A stretch of 35,624 nt of DNA from Nemertoderma westbladi. Taxonomy: Eukaryota; Animalia; Xenacoelomorpha. Position numbers and translations under genes: made by a program. Position 1 is the first letter of the stretch; each line of letters begins with the position of its first letter. Location: contig JAUCBJ010008772.1 in the NCBI GenBank assembly GCA_032718475.1, positions 1 to 35,624 of the forward strand, given 5' to 3'. The notes under the pieces were generated by a model. It searched no databases. It had not been told where the DNA came from and was given only the letters and a program-made list of their open reading frames with translations. Shown piece by piece: positions 29,487 to 35,624 of this stretch.

Positions 29487-31087
29487 GGTTTGACTAAATA
29501 CGCCACCGACAACCACCGACACCTTTCGCATACCACCGACAACCACCGACAACAAAAGACATAAACCGACACAAACCGACAGGTAAGATCGCAAACCGAC
29601 AGTATACCGACAACTTCGGCAATGTTAGTAAACTATTTCAGTACATGATTATACAATTTTTATTTCCAGTCCAAATATTTATAACAAAGTATATTGTCCA
29701 CTGTCGGCCTGTTGTCGGTGGTGTAATTAGTCATGATAATTTCTTTAAAATATAATACCGCCTTCATATATTATCTTGTTTTAAATTATTATATTGCATA
29801 GCGTAATGGTAAAAATCGTTAGTGTTTTTCATATGTCGGTGTGTTGCTATTATTATTAGTTTTTGTCGGTGGTAGTCAGACTTTTGTCAGTGGTATATTT
29901 CTGCGGTATCCGTTCTTAAACTTGGACATACAGTTCAGTGCGATAGGCCCCTACAATGCCGAAATTTATTACTTTACATACAACTGCACATTGTGTGACG
30001 TAATTGGTATTTACCTAAATGACATAAAGTAAAGTGAAGGAAGGAAACAAGAAGCAACGGAAACTCCTTTCTCTCTTGGATGTTACCGGAAAAGAAATGT
30101 TGCCCAACACAATCTCCCAAGGATGACCACTTCATAACTATTCAACCTTTTCTGTATCCCCATAAGCCAGGCGGCATATTGTACTGTTGCATTTGTTAAC
30201 ATAAGACTTTGCCTTAACTGGCTTTAAAATTTGACTAAATACTACACCGACAACCACCGACACCTTTCGCATACCACCGACAACAAAAGACACAAACCGA
30301 CATTGAAGATCGCAAACCGACAGTATACCGACAGCTTCGGCAATGTTAGTAAACTTTTTCAGTACATGATTATACAATTTTTATTTCCAGTCCAAATATT
30401 TATAACAAATTATATTGTCCACTGTCGGCCTGTTGTCGGTGGTGTAATTAGTCATGATAATTTCTTTAAAATATAATACCGCCTTCATATATTATCTTGT
30501 TTTAAATTATTATATTGCATAGCCTAATGGTAAAAATCGTTAGTGTTTTTCATATGTCGGTGTGTTGCTAGTATTATTAGTTTTTGTCGGTGGTAGTCAG
30601 ACTGTTGTCGGTGGTAGTCAGACTATTGTCGGTGGTATATTTCTGCGGTATCAGTTCCTATACTCTAACATACAGTACAGTGCAATACAATTCCGAAATT
30701 TATTACTTTACATACACCTGCACATTGTGTGACGTAATTGGTATTTACCTAAATGACGTAAAGTAAAGTGAAGGAAGGAAACAAGAAGTAACGGAAGCTC
30801 CTTTCTCTCTTGGATGTTACCGGAAAAGAATGGTTACGCAACACAATCTCCCAAGGATGACCACTTCATAACTATTCAACCTTTTCTGTATCCCCATAAG
30901 CCAGGCGGCATATTGTACTGTTGGATTTGTTAACATAAGACTTTGCCTTAACTGGCTTTAAAATTTATTGCTAATGCAGCTTTTTGTTTTCTTGTTGGCA
31001 TTTAATGTATGGAATTTGCGCAACCGAAACAAAAAACGGTGCCCAGCCCGTGAGAATGCAGAGGCGCAATATAGCATTGTATAAGAT
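29487..31087 (+). repeat. CCGAC-rich repeat family, two tandem copies (period about 740 bp)
   Basis: Copies start at ~29490 and ~30230 (TTTGACTAAATAC...ACCGACAACCACCGACACC); left terminus GGTTTGACTAAAT. Confidence 0.9.
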
Positions 31088-33229
31088 AATGTGTTTTACT
31101 TTTTTGTTACTCTTTTTCTTTATACAGTTCAGGTACCTACTGTATACAGTATATATTGATTGATGTGTTGGTGGAATAATATATTGTGTACGCGCTTTTG
31201 AAGACCTTTAGCAGTTTAACCTGCCAAAATTTATATGTCTTTTGGTTTATAAATATACTTTAGAAGTTGACAAATATTTAATACCAATAAACACAACATT
31301 AGCAGAAGCCAGCCTAGTGCGCGTCCATTCACCCGCTGGATATACCCGGGAGACTGGATTCTGAGGGCTTAGATTATTATTGCAGTGTAAGCTTACTGTA
31401 TTATTCGATTGATCGTTAATAAATAATTTCTGACTAATATTATTCACTTTCGGGAAATATTAACAGTTCCTTTAGGACGTGGCGCTCTATCTAGGTAAAC
31501 AGAGATATGACTTATACTAATCACAACGGTAAGTAGGTAAGGCTTATGATTCACGTATGAGGCGCATTCTTTAGGAAATGCTTAGTTATCAGTCACAATC
31601 ATGCACACTACCGGTAACACACAATACTGCTCACTAATTTGCCGACCGTCAATGAATTTTATCATATATAAAGAGAACAGCAACTGACTCATGTAGTGCT
31701 TATCAAATAGCATTAAATTCACTACAAACCACAATAATATAAGTCGCAATCGCTATATATAACCCGTCTCTCTAACCTGTAGTGTATCAAGAAAATTGGG
31801 AAATTTGGGTTCTTTATAGATGTTCTCCAAATAATATTCAACCAACTGATACAAAATATGACAACAGCAAACAGCAGCACAACAATGTATGTTGAACCGA
31901 TAATGCAAGACTGAACGGAGTTGCACCGATAACAGTTATACGCTCTATAATTTAAGCCTACTAATGTTTCTTCTAAAGTATGAAAACGAATTGACTCTAG
32001 AGCCGGTGTTCCTGGCCTAGATAGAAACAACACAACAGTAACAAGAAAAACAGTAAGACTGAACACTCCTAGCATGATCTGCCAAAATATCTCCACATCG
32101 ACAGAAAAAATCGCTCTGATTGGCTGTTAAGCTAAACAAAGAACCATGTGTCCAATGGCCGTTTCCATGTCAGCAACCAGCTGTTAGATGTCGTAAGCTG
32201 AATCATCAAGGCTAAGCTGTGCCAGGGTATTTGGTGCATTGCGGGTTTTTTGCCTTACCATGTCCGCCAAAGCACACATATAGAAGAATGACGTTTATGT
32301 CCGTTAAAACACCTATAACGGTACCTTGTGGGCGAGGGGAATATATATATAGTTAGAGAGCCTTTTTAGAGTATTCCAGCGCCTGGGGGGAAACTGGATT
32401 GCGAAGCAAAAGGGGCCAGTTATATCCCACAGAAGCTTTTACATATTGATCGATTGAAAGATTGGCTGACAGATAGTCTTCAAAAATATTTTTCCTAAAT
32501 TAAATTCATTCTACATAATACACTGTAAGTAATTCTAAAATATAAAAATTACTCCGGAAGAAATGAAAAGCTAAGTGTGGTGATAGTGGTATCTCTGGGG
32601 GAGGGGCTGGTGGCATTTTGCCATTATGAAAAATTTAATTACTTTGTTTATATCGGTGTATGTGAAAAGTTGCCTTTGGTAGTCAACCAACCGACAAACA
32701 AAATGGCAAACCGACACTCTTAGACAACTCTATCACTGTTGGTTGTCTGCTTATTTCCTTGTGAAGATATTATAACACCAATTCTGCCGTGCAATGTAAA
32801 AAGACCGTATGTCAAAAAAGTAATTTCTCACAGAAAAACGCAAATTACCTTTTGTCTTCAGATTGTTGGTTTAAAATGTCCGCAAATTTCTAATTTCTTC
32901 TGGTGGTGGGAAATTTTTCTGCGTGTTATTTTTCACTTTCCATTAATATTTTGACTTCAGGGTTGTCTTTTGTACTAACAGCGTTTTTGCGTTGTACAAC
33001 GTGTATGTAAATACATTCGATACAATGCAAAAAATGTCACAATGACAAACCCCCGTAAGTCTGTCAGTTACGTTGTCTTGCATTGTGTAAATATGAGACA
33101 TTAATTACGGGGGGCTACCCCCTGCGGTTATTAATTAATTTGTAAATAACTCGAAATATTATAAAATCTTACGAAATTAATAAAAAATTTGCGTGAAAGA
33201 ATGTCATTCCGAGAAAATTGCCTTCAAAG

Positions 33230-34584
33230 TAATACGCCACCGACACATTTGACATACCACCGACAACAAAAGACACAAACCGACAGGTAAGATCGCAAAC
33301 CGACAGTATACCGACAACTTCGGCAATGTTAGTTAACTATTTCAGTACATGATTATACAATTTTTATTTCCAGTCCAAATATTTATAACAAAGTATATTG
33401 TCCACTGTGTCAGCCTGTTGTCGGTTGGTGTAATTAGTCATGATAATTTCTTTAAAACCGCCTTCATATATTATCTGTTTTAAATTATTATATTGCATAG
33501 CGTAATGGTAAAAATCGTTAGTGTTGTTCATATGTCGGTGTGTTTCTTTTATTATTAGTTTTTGTCGGTGGTAGTCAGACTGTTGTCGGTGGTAGTCAGA
33601 CTGTTGTCGGTGGTATATTTCTGCGGTATCCGTTCCTAAACGCACTGCCGAATTTTATTACTTTACATACAGCTGCACATTGTGTGACTTAATTGGTATT
33701 TCCCTACATGATGTGAAGTAAAGGAAGTGAGACATGAAATAACGGAAGCACCTTTCTCTCTTGGATGTTTCCTGAAAGAAACAACGCTAACCCCCAAGGA
33801 TGAACACTTCATAACTATTCAATGTATCCGTATCCCCATAAGCCAGGCGGCTTATTGTACTGTTGGATTTGTTAACATAAAACTTTGCCTTTTGCATGAA
33901 CTGGCTTTAACAATAAAATCATTCCTAATGCAGCTTTTTGATTTCGTGTTGGAAATTATGGTATTTCGCAATCGAGAAAAAAGTTCCATTTAGTCAAACC
34001 AATAACCCACAGAGATAAACAGACAAGCTAAATATAAAACAAGACAAATATTGTTAGTTTTTGTCGGTGGTAGTCAGACTGTTGTCGGTGGTAGTCAGAC
34101 TATTGTCGGTGGTATATTTCTGCGGTATCCGTTCCTATACTCTAACATACAGTACAGTGCAATACACTGCCGAAATTTATTACTTTACATGCAGCTGCAC
34201 ATTGTGTGACGTAATTGGTATTTACCTAAATGACGTAAAGTAAAGTAAAGGAAGGAAACAAGAAGTAACGGAAGCTCCTTTTTTCTCTCTTGGATGTTAC
34301 CGGAAAAGAATGGTTGCGCAACACAATCTCCCAAGGATGACCTCTTCATAACTATTCAACCTTTTCTGTATCCCCATAAGCCAGGCGACATATTGTACTT
34401 TTGGATTTGTTAACCTATGACTTTGCCTTAACTGGCTTTAAAATTTATTGCTAATGCAGCTTTTTGTTTTCGTGTTGGCATTTACTGTATGGTATTTGCG
34501 CAATCGAGACAAAAGTTCCATTTAGTCAAACCAATAACCCACAGAGATAAACAGACAAGCTAAATATAAAACAAGACAAATATT
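33230..34584 (+). repeat. CCGAC-rich repeat family, third copy plus a partial fourth copy
   Basis: 33230-~34050 and ~34054-34584 match 29500-31020; both carry the terminus ATTTAGTCAAACC (33988-34000 and 34520-34532). Confidence 0.9.
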
Positions 34585-34609
34585 GTGTATTATTGACATA
34601 AAATATTTT

Positions 34610-34778
34610 TATCTGGAGGGGGGGGGGGGGGGGGGGGGGGGGGGTAATGTTTGGGGGTATTACAAATTTACTAATGTGACAGGGGAGCAGATCGAGCTTG
34701 CGTGACACACTTTGTGGTAGGGGGGGGGGGGGTCAAAAATCTAGAAAATTTTGGTGACATACTTTATGAACGCCCCCT
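34610..34778. mobile_element. Right end of a GG-terminal MITE (Zator/Harbinger-like), partial
   Basis: ...GGGGTCAAAAAT...GTGACATACTTTATGAACGCCCCC followed by TTA resembles widespread TWA-targeting MITE ends; no left TIR found. Confidence 0.4.
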
Positions 34779-35198
34779 TAACATATAGTGGAAGGATGAA
34801 ACAATACAGTAATCCATTCTACACCTTTAAGGTTCAATCTATAATTATGAATAATTACGATACGGTATAACATAACATACTGTATAGAATATAAATCAAT
34901 TATTGAATGTAATTCCAGTAATTTTAATGCAGTTAGGAAGGGAACTAAACAGAAAATTAGAGTGGGTATCGTGCAGTTTACAATGATACTATTTCGTAGA
35001 TTTCATTGAGCGAGTTTTCTTTCGTCGGCCTTGTCCCGGTTTTCGGCCTGTCTTTTTAAACATTGTTTTTAGTCTCCCATCGGTTGAATGTACAAGGTGG
35101 TGCCTTCGCAGAGATTTGAAACTGGCAAGTTTTTCTATGGCCTTTCGTCTTTGTTCTTCGTTCAACTCGGACCATTGTTCCGGGGAAATCTTATAAAT

Positions 35199-35624
35199 AT
35201 CTTATACAATAGGCTATATTGCGCCTCTGCATTCTCACGGGCTGGGCACCGTTTTTTGTTTCGGTTGCGCAAATTCCATACAGTAAATGCCAACACGAAA
35301 ACAAAAAGCTGCATTAGCAATAAATTTTAAAGCCAGTTAAGGCAAAGTCATAGGTTAACAAATCCAACAGTACAATATGCCGCCTGGCTTATGGGGATAC
35401 AGAAAAGGTTGAATAGTTATGAAGTGGTCATCCTTGGGAGATTGTGTTGCGTAACCATTCTTTTCCGGTAACATCCAAGAGAGAAAGGAGCTTCCGTTAC
35501 TTCTTGTTTCCTTCCTTCACTTTACTTTACGTCATTTAGGTAAATACCAATTACGTCACACAATGTGCAGGTGTATGTAAAGTAATAAATTTCGGAATTG
35601 TATTGCACTGTACTGTATGTTAGA
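35199..35624 (-). repeat. Inverted copy of 30664-31087 (CCGAC family), runs off the right edge
   Basis: Reverse-complement match that includes the flank GGTGCCCAGCCCGTGAGAATGCAGAGGCGCAATATAGC. Confidence 0.92.

Noticed and set aside
29841-35330. Short ORFs within the CCGAC repeat copies
   Set aside because: Frames and lengths are not conserved among copies and no domains are recognisable.

Overview
AT-rich eukaryotic (probably invertebrate animal) DNA made almost entirely of nested transposable elements; no host gene could be supported. Left to right: (1) the 5' part of a BEL/Pao LTR retrotransposon on the - strand (long gag plus protease, broken by three frameshifts), adjoining a CR1-type LINE fragment; (2) a complete, very young Ty3/Gypsy element (6223-10728, 208-bp LTRs identical by eye, 5-bp TSD, one intact 1280-aa ORF) whose primer-binding site is complementary to its own LTR rather than to a tRNA; (3) a 5'-truncated CR1-type LINE with a fold-back templated insertion, followed by a structured tRNA-derived SINE; (4) a ~3.1-kb DNA element with ~430-bp TIRs, a decayed MULE-type transposase and an internal 10-mer satellite; (5) an L2/Crack-type LINE; (6) a GGG-terminal DNA element with a 4-bp TSD carrying a SINE and an RTE fragment; (7) a tandem Helentron/DINE-like array; (8) a CCGAC-rich repeat family in direct and inverted copies. 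No wholly new system is proven. The best leads are the apparently self-priming Gypsy element, the MULE-like element with a 5-bp TSD, and the LINE fold-back and frameshift features. All family assignments come from motif recognition by eye, not database searches.
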